The position numbers were made by a program, and so were the translations under genes. Of a stretch of 64,000 nt of DNA, positions 18,194-28,037 are shown in pieces. The notes beneath the pieces were generated by a model. That model did no database searches and was not told the DNA's origin. It was given only the letters and a program-made list of their open reading frames with translations. The first letter of the stretch is position 1; the number at the start of each line of letters is the position of its first letter. The DNA is from a candidate division WWE3 bacterium (lineage in GTDB: Bacteria > Patescibacteriota > 4484-211 > GCA-002791395). Location of the stretch: positions 86,797 to 150,796 of the forward strand of contig JAAXWF010000001.1 in the NCBI GenBank assembly GCA_013335095.1. Reading direction: 5' to 3'.

Positions 18194-19495
18194 ATGCGGA
18201 TTGGAATCATCGGAGCCGGATTTACCGGGCTAGCTGCGGCAATCGAGGCACAAAAAAACGGGCATTCGGTAATCATATTTGAACAAAACAATTACGTTGG
18301 CGGTCTAGCCGCCGGAATGCGCGGACGAGTCGAAAACTATCCGACCGAATGGGAATGGGATTTAGAACAGTACTATCATCATTGGTTTACCAATGATGAA
18401 CACGTGTATGCTCTGGCCGAAGGGATTGGGGTAAAACACAAAATAATCATTAAGAATCCAGTTAGTTCAATTTTGTATAAGGATCAGATATATCCATTCG
18501 ATTCTCCATTTAATCTGTTAAGATTCCCTCACTTTAATCCGATCGAAAAAGCGCGAGTCTCATTTTTATTGGGAAAACTAAAATATCTTGAGAATGAAAC
18601 AACCAGTGCAAAGTTTGAAGCCGTCACTGCTCACGAATATATTCCACAGATCATCGGACAACGTCCGTATGAAGTGTTGTTTGAACCACTCCTGAAAGGA
18701 AAGTTTGGTCAACATTATCAAAAAATAACCATGCGTTGGTTCTGGGCGCGAATTTATAAACGGACATCGCAGCTGGCGTATTATCAAGGCGGATTTAGTG
18801 CCTTCGCTCAAGATTTGGCCAACTATATTGAAAGACATAATGGAAAAATACATGTTAGTACAGCAATAAAAAACATTGCATATAATCCCGATAAAACACT
18901 TACAATAACAATTGATCATTGTGTTGAGACTGTTGACCGGGTAATCGTCACGACCCCGCCCGCCGTTCTTCCAAAACTAATGCCATCATTGCCCACCGAG
19001 TATCTTGATTCACTCACCAAAGATCCTAGCTTGGCGGCGTATGTCGTTGTACTATCACTCCACCATCCGCTTATGGATAAAACATATTGGCTAAATATTA
19101 ATCAAGAAAACTGGCCATTTTTAGCGGCAGTCGAACATACCAACTTTATCGATAAAAAATACTACAATAACGAACACATACTTTATATCGGAAACTATGT
19201 TGAACCGAACCACCCCCATATGCACATGGACGTGAAAGATTTAGTTAAAGAATTTACTCCATTTATCAAAAGAATTAACCCACTGTTTTCCTCGGAATCG
19301 ATACGACGAATGTATCTGCTTAGAACAATACATGCTCAGCCGATTGTTACTAAAGAGTTTGCGAAACAAATTATACCGATAGATACTCCGATTCCAGAAC
19401 TCAAACTCGCTACAATGTCACAAGTATATCCTTGGGATCGCGGTACCAATTACGCAATCGAAATAGGACAGAAAGCGGTCCGTTCAATCATATAG
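18194..19495 (+). CDS. FAD/NAD(P)-dependent oxidoreductase (amine oxidase / phytoene desaturase-like)
   Basis: N-terminal Rossmann motif MRIGIIGAGFTGLAAA...FEQNNYVGG. Confidence 0.75.
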   Translation: MRIGIIGAGFTGLAAAIEAQKNGHSVIIFEQNNYVGGLAAGMRGRVENYPTEWEWDLEQYYHHWFTNDEHVYALAEGIGVKHKIIIKNPVSSILYKDQIYPFDSPFNLLRFPHFNPIEKARVSFLLGKLKYLENETTSAKFEAVTAHEYIPQIIGQRPYEVLFEPLLKGKFGQHYQKITMRWFWARIYKRTSQLAYYQGGFSAFAQDLANYIERHNGKIHVSTAIKNIAYNPDKTLTITIDHCVETVDRVIVTTPPAVLPKLMPSLPTEYLDSLTKDPSLAAYVVVLSLHHPLMDKTYWLNINQENWPFLAAVEHTNFIDKKYYNNEHILYIGNYVEPNHPHMHMDVKDLVKEFTPFIKRINPLFSSESIRRMYLLRTIHAQPIVTKEFAKQIIPIDTPIPELKLATMSQVYPWDRGTNYAIEIGQKAVRSII

Positions 19496-19507
19496 GGTGC
19501 ATGTACC

Positions 19508-19516
19508 TGATACAAT
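19508..19516 (+). promoter_or_regulatory. putative extended -10 element TGATACAAT
   Basis: The TGnTACAAT pattern lies ~45 nt upstream of ATG 19562, with a GGAGG RBS just before the start. Confidence 0.3.
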
Positions 19517-19561
19517 CAAGCGATACCCCCGACAACCGGAAATTCGATAAGGAGGCACACT

Positions 19562-20083
19562 ATGCCAAATCGGGACCTGAACGGGTTGTTCTTTTCTATT
19601 GCGTTTAACGACGCAGCGTTTGCCGGTCATATCCACGGCTGCTGCTTTGAAAGTAGTGGTCGCACAGTGGACGCGAAGATCGGCGTACCGCGTGAAGATG
19701 GGTTATATGACTATACCCCACTTTCGCAGACCGAAACCGACACCCCGTTTGATACCGGGATCAAAGGCGCAATCTTAATTGATCGCAAAGGTGGACACGA
19801 TCCTCGGGGAGTGGTCGTTGCTGCATCCGTCATCGCCGAAGCGCTCATCACCAAGCGTTTATCGCCGCGGCCATTCGCTGGAGCAATAGAGCGGGATGGG
19901 TATATCCAGATTCGGGTAACATTTGATCTGGATGTGCTTGTTGTTCGGATTTATCCGGACCATCACCCACTCATGTTGGGCGAAGTGCCCTTTAGTGAGA
20001 GGTGCCGCTGGTGGACCACCGATGCGGACTGGGTTCTCATCCCAAGCCCTTCGGAAGAAGAGCTCCGCAAGATGAGGTACTAG
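19562..20083 (+). CDS. hypothetical protein, tandem paralog A
   Basis: GVVVAASVIAEALITKRL ... RIYPDHHPLMLG parallels the downstream protein. Preceded by a strong RBS aaggagg. Confidence 0.55.
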   Translation: MPNRDLNGLFFSIAFNDAAFAGHIHGCCFESSGRTVDAKIGVPREDGLYDYTPLSQTETDTPFDTGIKGAILIDRKGGHDPRGVVVAASVIAEALITKRLSPRPFAGAIERDGYIQIRVTFDLDVLVVRIYPDHHPLMLGEVPFSERCRWWTTDADWVLIPSPSEEELRKMRY

Positions 20084-20162
20084 AACTTTATAGCCAAGTA
20101 CAATCTGGACGGCAGGGATCATTCTCTGCCGTCAATTCAACTCCAATCTTGAAACATTCACT

Positions 20163-20171
20163 TGATACAAT
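20163..20171 (+). promoter_or_regulatory. putative extended -10 element TGATACAAT (second copy)
   Basis: The same nonamer lies ~44 nt upstream of ATG 20215, with a GGGAGG RBS. Confidence 0.3.
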
Positions 20172-20214
20172 CTACATGGAAAAGTTGTTACGGCTGTATA
20201 ACGGGAGGCATCGT

Positions 20215-20757
20215 ATGCCAAGAACTAAAAGAGAATTATCCGGGAGGTATTTCTCGATAATTCGCGATGCAGGTGGTTTAGCAGGACGAATATTTGAGTG
20301 TCCGTTCGACATAAGCAGTCAGGCCGGTTGTAATCGATACGGGGAACCGCAAGAATCTGGTGATTACGAGTATTGCGACTATCGCCCTGGCTCAAGTACA
20401 ACATTCGAACACATAATTGCCGGAATAAGGGTGGATCGTCAAATCAGCGCGATTGAGCCATATGGGCTCATCATTGCGGCATCAGTAATTGCACAGGCGA
20501 TAGTCAGTCGTCAGCTAGATCCTGATGATTTCGCCGCCGCTGCAGAATGCCATGATTTCATTCTGTTGTGGCATTGGTTTGGCCAGATTAGGATGCCAAT
20601 TCGCATCTATTCCGACCATCATCACGCGATTGTACGCGGCGGATTATTTGCGCACCGAACCACCTGGGCTACGGTGAATTCGCAGTGGCAACGAATCCCG
20701 CCACCGGATGAAGAGAGGATGATCGTTTGTGGTAAAGCTGCCAGAGTTCCACAATAA
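20215..20757 (+). CDS. hypothetical protein, tandem paralog B
   Basis: It starts MPRTKREL, like paralog A's MPNRDL. It shares GLIIAASVIAQAIVSRQL ... RIYSDHHHAIVRG with paralog A. Confidence 0.55.
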   Translation: MPRTKRELSGRYFSIIRDAGGLAGRIFECPFDISSQAGCNRYGEPQESGDYEYCDYRPGSSTTFEHIIAGIRVDRQISAIEPYGLIIAASVIAQAIVSRQLDPDDFAAAAECHDFILLWHWFGQIRMPIRIYSDHHHAIVRGGLFAHRTTWATVNSQWQRIPPPDEERMIVCGKAARVPQ

Positions 20758-20807
20758 CGATAGGACATCATCGCGGTAGATATTTAAACTTTAGGGGCTA
20801 ATCGACA

Positions 20808-20841
20808 GGCCAGGAATATAAAAAATTCCTGGCCTTTTTAT
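20808..20841. terminator. bidirectional rho-independent terminator
   Basis: Hairpin ggccaggaat-ataaaaa-attcctggcc followed by tttttat. It sits between convergent genes. Confidence 0.65.
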
Positions 20842-20901
20842 ATTCATCATCGTCTAAAAATAATGCCAAGAGTTCCCCCTTGGCACATACAGATTGAGCG
20901 T

Positions 20902-21510
20902 CTAATTAACTGCGGGAACGATTGTCTGAGCAGAAACTGCCGTCGAGTCGACTCGAGGATCCTCCTCAAACAATGGCTGTCGTTTTTTGTCGAACAGTAC
21001 CCACTGCCGACCATTGGGTAGTGGATTGGATCGATCAGAAAAAACGATAACCGTAACGGTGCGCAGCTCATCCCGGGCAGGCAAAAGCGCCGCTAAGTCA
21101 ACTCGCATTAGCCATACCGTATCGTCATTCGGTGGTTCGCTTGCGTTAAGAAATGCATTTACGCTAATCGCCCCACAGGCGAGAAATCGTATCAAGGCAG
21201 ATGCGGATAGCATCATCACCGGCGGACGTTGAGCAAACTTCCGGAACGTTTGAACATATGCCCAAAAAGAGCGCCATTCTTCCTGGAATTGCGTCAGGTC
21301 TTCGACTGTGGCTTGAACATACTCATCCGAATCAGGATTCCAGACACCGACTATAACCTGATTCGGTGCAGTTTGGGTAAGGTCACATCCGAGTACCGAA
21401 ACGGTGAAAAGACCGTTTCGAGTGTCAAGTCTGTAGCGACTAAGTCGCCCAGTTAAAAATATCCGAGACACGGGGACCATAAACCCTCCGGTAAACATCC
21501 AATGCGACAA
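20902..21510 (-). CDS. hypothetical protein (GC-rich block)
   Basis: A 202-aa ORF with no motifs. Confidence 0.4.
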   Translation of the reverse strand: MSHWMFTGGFMVPVSRIFLTGRLSRYRLDTRNGLFTVSVLGCDLTQTAPNQVIVGVWNPDSDEYVQATVEDLTQFQEEWRSFWAYVQTFRKFAQRPPVMMLSASALIRFLACGAISVNAFLNASEPPNDDTVWLMRVDLAALLPARDELRTVTVIVFSDRSNPLPNGRQWVLFDKKRQPLFEEDPRVDSTAVSAQTIVPAVN

Positions 21511-21681
21511 TTACGTGAAACTGATTGTATCAAATCGAACAATTTGAGTGATGCAAGTGCGTACATTTATTCTAAAGCAAATATCTTTATCTCCGATAAG
21601 TCGAAGTATTGCTATTTCTGAGAGCCGAGATCCATAATTAGATCGTTGGTTTGAGAGTCACAAGACAATCAGCCGGCCAGA

Positions 21682-24618
21682 TTAATTACAAAATAGGGAG
21701 TACTCACATCCACGTTGGCAGAAAAATCCGTGATTACATTCAAAATTGCTGTTTTCAATGTGTTCACGAATACGTAATATTTCGGCTTTCGCTTCTTCGA
21801 TATCGGCTTGGGTTTTGGTTAGCGTTACCTTGTTACCCGTCTCAAGATAATAGAATGAAAACACCAGCTTATCGAGTGAAATATTCCAAAATTGCGGATG
21901 ATTAAGGGCAATCGCATAAATACACATTTGCAGACCTTTATCGCCTGTCTTTAATTCTCGATCCTCCGGCTGCTGGCCAGTCTTATAATCGAGAACCTCA
22001 TAACATCCATCAGCCATCAGATCAATTCGATCGATTCGTCCACCAAGTTGCAAATCTGGCGCGATTCGCACCGAAAATGGTTCTTCGAGTTTATGTATAG
22101 AAGGTGACATCGGCACATCTAAAGACAGCCACCGTTTCAACATCCCAAGCCCATCTTGGTATCGCTTTTGTTCATGAGCCTTGCTCGAATATCCGCTGCC
22201 GATCCAATTTTTCATAAACAATTCTTCCATTCGACCCATTATTTGATTTAAATCCTTTGAGACTTGTTCATTTTTTATGAGTGTATACACATCTCGAAGG
22301 GTGTTATGAACCGAATCGCCAAATGATAATGCAGCACTGGGGAGCTGGGGAATCTTTACAATATGAGAGAGTTTGTAGTGAAGCGGACATGTTTTGAAAG
22401 TCTCGATCTGGGAATAACTTAAATACGTAACCTTATGAGGCTCAATTACTTCGGTTGACATTGGAGAAATGGTTGGTTTGTATTGCAAGGAATACTGGCT
22501 AATATCGAACAAGCGATTTTCTTGAACAACTTCCCGACCGACAAGAAACTGCTCAATATTTTCACCTAATGCCTCCCGAACAAATGGACTTAACTTTTTT
22601 GGCCGTTTGGCATCATGATAAAATCTTGCGCCAGTTAAAAATAACTTTTTCCGGGCTCTGGTCATTCCGACATAAAAAAGTCGGCGTTCTTCACCAATGT
22701 GAGGATCTATAGTCGGTAACGGCTCATTCACTAAAGCTTCGGGAAGCGGAATCGTATCGGCACGGTTTACACTGGGAAATCGCAGATCGACCAAATTCAC
22801 CAAAAAAACATAATCAAATTCAAGTCCTTTAGAAGAATGCACGGTAAGAATACTGACGGCGTTTCCTCCCTGCCAATCAACTTCGGAAGCAACCGGAGCC
22901 TCACCGGCTTGAATAAGAAACTCAAGATAATTATTAAAATCACGTATTCGTGCATCGGTTCGTAATGTCTCAAATGCTTGGACTCTTTGGAAAAACGCAG
23001 AAATATTTTCGATCTGTTTAACATCGGCGTCATTTTGCGGATCTTTCATCAAGACAAGCATGCCGGTATCATTAAGATATTGGTACAAAACTTCCCCAGG
23101 AGTTGCATGTGGGACTAATTCTAAGTGTGCAAGGATCATCTCCAACAGCGATTGAATCTTTGATAATGATTCATCCGAAATCCCATGATCTTCAAAATCT
23201 TCACCATTAATCAACTTTTCCATCATCCGAAATACACTCGAGTTATCATGACGTGCTCGACCAACGATCATGTTAATTTCACGACCAGGAATACTAAATC
23301 GAGGATTCGAGATAACCTTATACATCGCCATGTCATTTTCGACGTTCTCCATTATTTTTAAGTACGCCATCAGTTCTCGAACTTCGGGTTGTTTGAATAA
23401 TCTTCCTGGCCCTAGAAATTGAAACGGAATCCCTTTACGACTAAGTGCCTGAGTAAACGCATCGGCGTGACTATTAGCGCGAATAAGAATCGCGACTTGA
23501 GAATACTCATCAAGGCTGAGTTGTTCGATTTGTTGTACCACACAATCAGCCTCATTTTCGACCGTATCTTCCCAAATTACACGAATTGGGTCGTTCACTG
23601 TTAACTCATCTGGACGTTGTGATAATAACTTTTTATTTACACCGGCTTTTGCCTCAAGCCGATCAGGATTATTGTTTTGGATTAACTGATACGACCTATC
23701 GAGAATGCGTTGATCCGATCGATAATTTCGAATCAGTGTCACGATTTTTGTCCCGGGAAAATGAGTCTGAAAATCCATCACGTTGTACACGGCAGCACCA
23801 CGCCAGCGATAAATTGACTGATCATCATCAGCAACCACGGTAATGTTTCTTTTTCCACCCGCAAGCATAATTGCTAACTGATTTTGGGCAAAGTTGGTAT
23901 CCTGGAATTCATCAATAAGAATATAGGGATGTTTTCGTTGGTAGCTTGATAATACATTTGGGCGCAATCGAAACAGTTTTAAAACGTTACTAATAAGATC
24001 CGCAAAATCCATTACCGATTCTTGAACTTTCAATTTCTCATAAAAATCATAAGCATAGGCTAACTCTTTATATTTATCGATTTCTTCCCGAGAATAATTT
24101 TGTTTTGATTCCAAGGTAGAAACCCACTCAATATATGCAGATGGAGAGATATCTTCATCTTTTAATCGCGAAAAGTGGGTCACAAGACCGGCTAAAAACT
24201 TAGTCGGATTTCCTTGAGGTCGATAATAGTTTAGATCAAATTCAAATAAGTGATCTCGAATTAATAATTGTGTTTCGGGTTCGGTCAGAATTTTAAAACC
24301 TGGATCGAGACCGATTTGTACCGCATCGGTTCGCAAGACTCGTTCACAAAAACCATGAAAGGTAAAAATACTCGTACTTGAATATCCCAAAGGCAAAGCA
24401 ACATCGACCCGGCTCTCCATTTCGGAAGCGGCCTTCTCGGTAAATGTAAGGGCAAGAATTTCTTCTGGTTTTACTCCATTTTCTTGAATCAACCACTTGA
24501 TTCGTTCAGTCACAACCGTAGTTTTACCGGTGCCAGCCCCCGCCACGATAAGTAGAGGCCCCCCCATATACGTAGCTGCTTCAAGTTGTTCTGGATTTAA
24601 ATTAACTGATGATCCCAT
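21682..24618 (-). CDS. UvrD/PcrA-like superfamily 1 helicase fused to a C-terminal RecB/Cas4-like PD-(D/E)xK nuclease with a Cys cluster
   Basis: Walker A AGAGTGKTTV at the N-terminus. Helicase motifs run through the body. The C-terminal nuclease region has LDYKTG and four Cys in CNHGFFCQRGCEYSLFC. Confidence 0.85.
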   Translation of the reverse strand: MGSSVNLNPEQLEAATYMGGPLLIVAGAGTGKTTVVTERIKWLIQENGVKPEEILALTFTEKAASEMESRVDVALPLGYSSTSIFTFHGFCERVLRTDAVQIGLDPGFKILTEPETQLLIRDHLFEFDLNYYRPQGNPTKFLAGLVTHFSRLKDEDISPSAYIEWVSTLESKQNYSREEIDKYKELAYAYDFYEKLKVQESVMDFADLISNVLKLFRLRPNVLSSYQRKHPYILIDEFQDTNFAQNQLAIMLAGGKRNITVVADDDQSIYRWRGAAVYNVMDFQTHFPGTKIVTLIRNYRSDQRILDRSYQLIQNNNPDRLEAKAGVNKKLLSQRPDELTVNDPIRVIWEDTVENEADCVVQQIEQLSLDEYSQVAILIRANSHADAFTQALSRKGIPFQFLGPGRLFKQPEVRELMAYLKIMENVENDMAMYKVISNPRFSIPGREINMIVGRARHDNSSVFRMMEKLINGEDFEDHGISDESLSKIQSLLEMILAHLELVPHATPGEVLYQYLNDTGMLVLMKDPQNDADVKQIENISAFFQRVQAFETLRTDARIRDFNNYLEFLIQAGEAPVASEVDWQGGNAVSILTVHSSKGLEFDYVFLVNLVDLRFPSVNRADTIPLPEALVNEPLPTIDPHIGEERRLFYVGMTRARKKLFLTGARFYHDAKRPKKLSPFVREALGENIEQFLVGREVVQENRLFDISQYSLQYKPTISPMSTEVIEPHKVTYLSYSQIETFKTCPLHYKLSHIVKIPQLPSAALSFGDSVHNTLRDVYTLIKNEQVSKDLNQIMGRMEELFMKNWIGSGYSSKAHEQKRYQDGLGMLKRWLSLDVPMSPSIHKLEEPFSVRIAPDLQLGGRIDRIDLMADGCYEVLDYKTGQQPEDRELKTGDKGLQMCIYAIALNHPQFWNISLDKLVFSFYYLETGNKVTLTKTQADIEEAKAEILRIREHIENSNFECNHGFFCQRGCEYSLFCN

Positions 24619-24660
24619 GCCGAATCATTGTACGAGAATTATTGATCCCAACAAGGTAGA

Positions 24661-24694
24661 CAAAAAAATAGGCGTAGCTTTTTAATGCTACGCC
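24661..24694 (-). terminator. rho-independent terminator (minus strand)
   Basis: On the minus strand, hairpin ggcgtagc-attaaaaa-gctacgcc is followed by tattttttt, just after the stop of 24719-25192. Confidence 0.55.
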
Positions 24695-24718
24695 CACAGC
24701 GATACATGCCGTCAATGA

Positions 24719-25192
24719 CTATTGAACTGGCGGATAGAATTTTGCTAGGATGGCCAGTCCCGCCATGATAGAACCGTTAAAGACATCATCGACCCAGCCG
24801 ATTTCGTCGGCTCGCCCCTCGGCAACGGCTTCAAGATAAACGATAGCCGAAGCGGCTGCCGCCATGAAGCTGATGCAAACGTGCCGTATTTCAGCGTTAT
24901 CTGGTTCTGATGCCTCAAGGAGACTCAGAAGTCGCTCCATATGACCGGTTGCTTCAAGCGTACGGTTAACCGCACGCCGACCGATCGTATCAGTACGCTG
25001 CCAATCCCAAGGGATATGCTCCGGTAGAGCAGCTATCGCGGCTCGAATAAGATTGGCATTCCCAAGCGAAATATCAGTGATCTCGACAAAACCCTGCCCA
25101 AGCAGCGTAAGCATACGGTGGGCTTCGACGAATAGCCCTGGATCAAAAACGACCAGATCCAGCGTTGCGACCGATGTGTCCGTGGTACTCAT
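24719..25192 (-). CDS. hypothetical protein (GC-rich block)
   Basis: A 157-aa ORF. Confidence 0.45.
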   Translation of the reverse strand: MSTTDTSVATLDLVVFDPGLFVEAHRMLTLLGQGFVEITDISLGNANLIRAAIAALPEHIPWDWQRTDTIGRRAVNRTLEATGHMERLLSLLEASEPDNAEIRHVCISFMAAAASAIVYLEAVAEGRADEIGWVDDVFNGSIMAGLAILAKFYPPVQ

Positions 25193-25337
25193 AATGGTGT
25201 ACCTCCAATTGGTAGTACCCAGCGGCGGATCAATTAGACTTCGTGATTATACCGAAATCCAACTATAGGCTCAAGCGTTCTTCGCCGTGCTATACTGGCA
25301 CTACGGTGTTGGCACAACGCAATAAAGTGAGGACGGT

Positions 25338-25817
25338 ATGGACCCGCAAGAAAAAGGAACCCAAGTAGATGGACAACAAGCGTTTGCAGTTGCCTCTTCA
25401 ACAGCGTTCTGCATCGTTTCGATAGCACTGGCGATAAGCGCCCTGGCCACATCCACGATGGTGTTTTGGCCAATTGTTGCGTTTTGTAATCTGATAATTG
25501 GAACTGCAGTATTGTTTGCAACAATACGATTTCCACTCTACGGTTACGCGTACATCAGTCTTAATATAGCGACCGGTGTTGCCGCGACGTTGCAACGGAT
25601 GCTGTACGATCTTCCACCGACATCTCCATACATGGTGATGCTCCAAGTGTTTGGAACCTGGGCGTTTTTAACGCTACTGTACTGCACGTTAATGGCGATC
25701 ACTCATCCCGGCTTCTGGCGAATGGAAGGTACAAAGCTCATTCAACGCCAACACACTATCCTACTGAGCTTTGCATTTGCGTCTATAGTGATCTTTGCAC
25801 TAACTGCATTGGTTTAA
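25338..25817 (+). CDS. hypothetical 159-aa integral membrane protein
   Basis: Four TM helices. Tandem with a same-sized membrane protein. Confidence 0.45.
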   Translation: MDPQEKGTQVDGQQAFAVASSTAFCIVSIALAISALATSTMVFWPIVAFCNLIIGTAVLFATIRFPLYGYAYISLNIATGVAATLQRMLYDLPPTSPYMVMLQVFGTWAFLTLLYCTLMAITHPGFWRMEGTKLIQRQHTILLSFAFASIVIFALTALV

Positions 25818-25935
25818 TACCCGGCCGCGGCAATACAAATCCGCGGCATTTTATTGGACACAGCATCGATTTCATCCTATAATAAATATATAGCACCTTA
25901 TCCGGATTATGTAGCTGAAAGGCAAGGAGGATCCG

Positions 25936-26415
25936 ATGGATCAGACGACACGCAAACTCACGGGGTTCGAGGCCATCTTTATGGTCGTGTTGCAGGCCCT
26001 AATGGCAGCGGCCTTCAACATCAACCTGGCACTGATCGCCGACCAGATTACCGGCAAAACGCCTGGAATCTTTATGGCGATCTTTATGATGGGCTTCTTC
26101 ATCGTCCCGGCGTTCCTGCTGATTGCGGCATTGCTGCCGCGCGGATGGGACGGGATGCTCATTCTGTTCGCAACAAGCGTGGTTGGCGTGTTCACGCTGA
26201 GATTTAGCGCATATGCGCACCTCAACGTAAATCCGAACGCCGTCGAGGCGGTGACGAAGAGCCTCACGCTCCTATTTGCGTGGGCCTTTATCGTCTACAT
26301 CTGCCTCCGCGGCTTCAGCTTCCTGCGGAACCGGATCGTCCGGTTTCCGCCGCGCTGGTACGACCCGATCGTCCTGATCGTAGGACTGATCGCGGTGTAC
26401 AGCACCCTGTGGTAA
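25936..26415 (+). CDS. hypothetical 159-aa integral membrane protein (possible paralog of the previous gene)
   Basis: Same length and topology as the upstream gene. Confidence 0.5.
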   Translation: MDQTTRKLTGFEAIFMVVLQALMAAAFNINLALIADQITGKTPGIFMAIFMMGFFIVPAFLLIAALLPRGWDGMLILFATSVVGVFTLRFSAYAHLNVNPNAVEAVTKSLTLLFAWAFIVYICLRGFSFLRNRIVRFPPRWYDPIVLIVGLIAVYSTLW

Positions 26416-26423
26416 GCGGCTAT

Positions 26424-26470
26424 GGCCGGGCTCTTCTCTCTTTCAGGGAGAGGACCCCGGCCCTTTTTGT
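26424..26470. terminator. bidirectional rho-independent terminator
   Basis: GC-rich imperfect hairpin ggccgggctcttctctc...gagaggaccccggcc followed by ctttttg. It sits between convergent genes. Confidence 0.6.
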
Positions 26471-26471
26471 A

Positions 26472-27641
26472 TTATTCCGAAAGAGAATTAATATCTATCG
26501 AGGTCTGGGTAGAAGCCGATTCTTGAATGGACTGAGTTTCTACAACCGTTTTTGACTCAATTTGTTCAACTTTCGCGCCGAATTTTCCTAGGAGTCGATT
26601 TGTATCTTCATATTTAGCAACCGCATTTGTTAAATGTTTTCCTAATACATCATAGGAATCACTAACTTTGGTGAAGTCAGTATTGAGTCGACTTAAATCA
26701 GCCAAAATTTCTTTAGCCCGCTCTTCTATTTGCATACCACGAAGACCTAATGCAACGGTCTGCAAATACACATACAAATTATTAGGTGATACGGGAATGA
26801 CCTTTTTCGAATATGCATATGAAAGGACGTCAAATTCCCCATCACCTTTGATAATCATCTCGTAATACACGTTTTCTGCTGGAATATACATTAAGGCAAA
26901 ATCCAAAGTTTTTTCGTCCGGCAAAATATATTTACTGGCAATTTCATCGATTCGTTTTTTTATGCTATTCAGAAACTCCTTTTTCGCAACTTTTCTCGCA
27001 GAATCATCTGAGGCATCGATCATTCGTTTAAAACTTTCTAAAGGAAATTTGGAATCGATAGAAACCATTAAGCTGTCACGTAAAAGTAATACAGCATCGA
27101 CGGTCTCCCCGCTTTTAAAGGTATATTGCATCTGGTATCGACTTGCTGGAAAAATTTGTCCTAATAAATCACCCAGAAAAAGTTCCCCCAAAGAACCACG
27201 TAATTTAGGCGCACGAAGGATTTCTTGTAAACTAGAGATGTCTTTACCTACTTCAAAAATTCGTTTATGAGCCTCCTCCATTTGGGCCAATTTTGCCGTA
27301 ACATCACGAATAGTTCGGGCATTATTCTCCATCGAATTTCGAATTTCATTTGAAGACTTCATCCACCCTTCATTATTGGTATGAAGTCGGGTATCTACTT
27401 GTTTCGTTGTTTCGTTTAGCTGTTTTAGAAGAGTGTCGGTTACCATCTGCAAATTTTCCCCGACATTACGGGTAAGATTATCGACCCGTTGGTTTAAATT
27501 TACGATTAAAGTATCTTGAGAATTATCTCTACCACGCTGGATTTCATCGAGTCGTTTAGAAAATGCCAGATAGAGGACATATCCGACGGCAGCGGTACTA
27601 ATAAGAGAAACTACTATGGTTAAAATTGTAGCGCTATCCAT
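26472..27641 (-). CDS. rmuC: DNA recombination protein RmuC
   Basis: N-terminal TM helix, a long coiled coil, and the conserved C-terminal segment GSLGELFLGDLL...MVSIDSKFPLESF...YIPAENVYYE. Confidence 0.8.
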   Translation of the reverse strand: MDSATILTIVVSLISTAAVGYVLYLAFSKRLDEIQRGRDNSQDTLIVNLNQRVDNLTRNVGENLQMVTDTLLKQLNETTKQVDTRLHTNNEGWMKSSNEIRNSMENNARTIRDVTAKLAQMEEAHKRIFEVGKDISSLQEILRAPKLRGSLGELFLGDLLGQIFPASRYQMQYTFKSGETVDAVLLLRDSLMVSIDSKFPLESFKRMIDASDDSARKVAKKEFLNSIKKRIDEIASKYILPDEKTLDFALMYIPAENVYYEMIIKGDGEFDVLSYAYSKKVIPVSPNNLYVYLQTVALGLRGMQIEERAKEILADLSRLNTDFTKVSDSYDVLGKHLTNAVAKYEDTNRLLGKFGAKVEQIESKTVVETQSIQESASTQTSIDINSLSE

Positions 27642-27671
27642 AAGAACTCATTTATACTTTAATATAGTATC

Positions 27672-28037
27672 ATGCGATATATTAACCTGCCCGCGATAAT
27701 TATTTCGTTATTAAGCATTTCCTTGCTTGGTTACTTAATTACTCATGTATCACCATATAACGGTAATGCCGTCCGATTAGAAATTCTGATCCTATTTTTT
27801 ATAAGCCTCATATTGGCGATATCCTCAAGCTTATTCACCATTTTATTCGCCTATCGCCGATGGAGATGGGAATTCATGCCGATAAAAGAAGCTGTGATGA
27901 TTAGCCTTCGCCAAGGTGTTATTTTCGCGCTATGCATCTGCACGTTAATGTCATTATCTCTAACCAGTACATTAAACATTTTGACCGGAATGCTCACAAT
28001 TGTTGTGTGTATCGCCCTCGAGCTAACGTTATCTTAA
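27672..28037 (+). CDS. hypothetical membrane protein
   Basis: Three to four TM helices. Confidence 0.4.
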   Translation: MRYINLPAIIISLLSISLLGYLITHVSPYNGNAVRLEILILFFISLILAISSSLFTILFAYRRWRWEFMPIKEAVMISLRQGVIFALCICTLMSLSLTSTLNILTGMLTIVVCIALELTLS

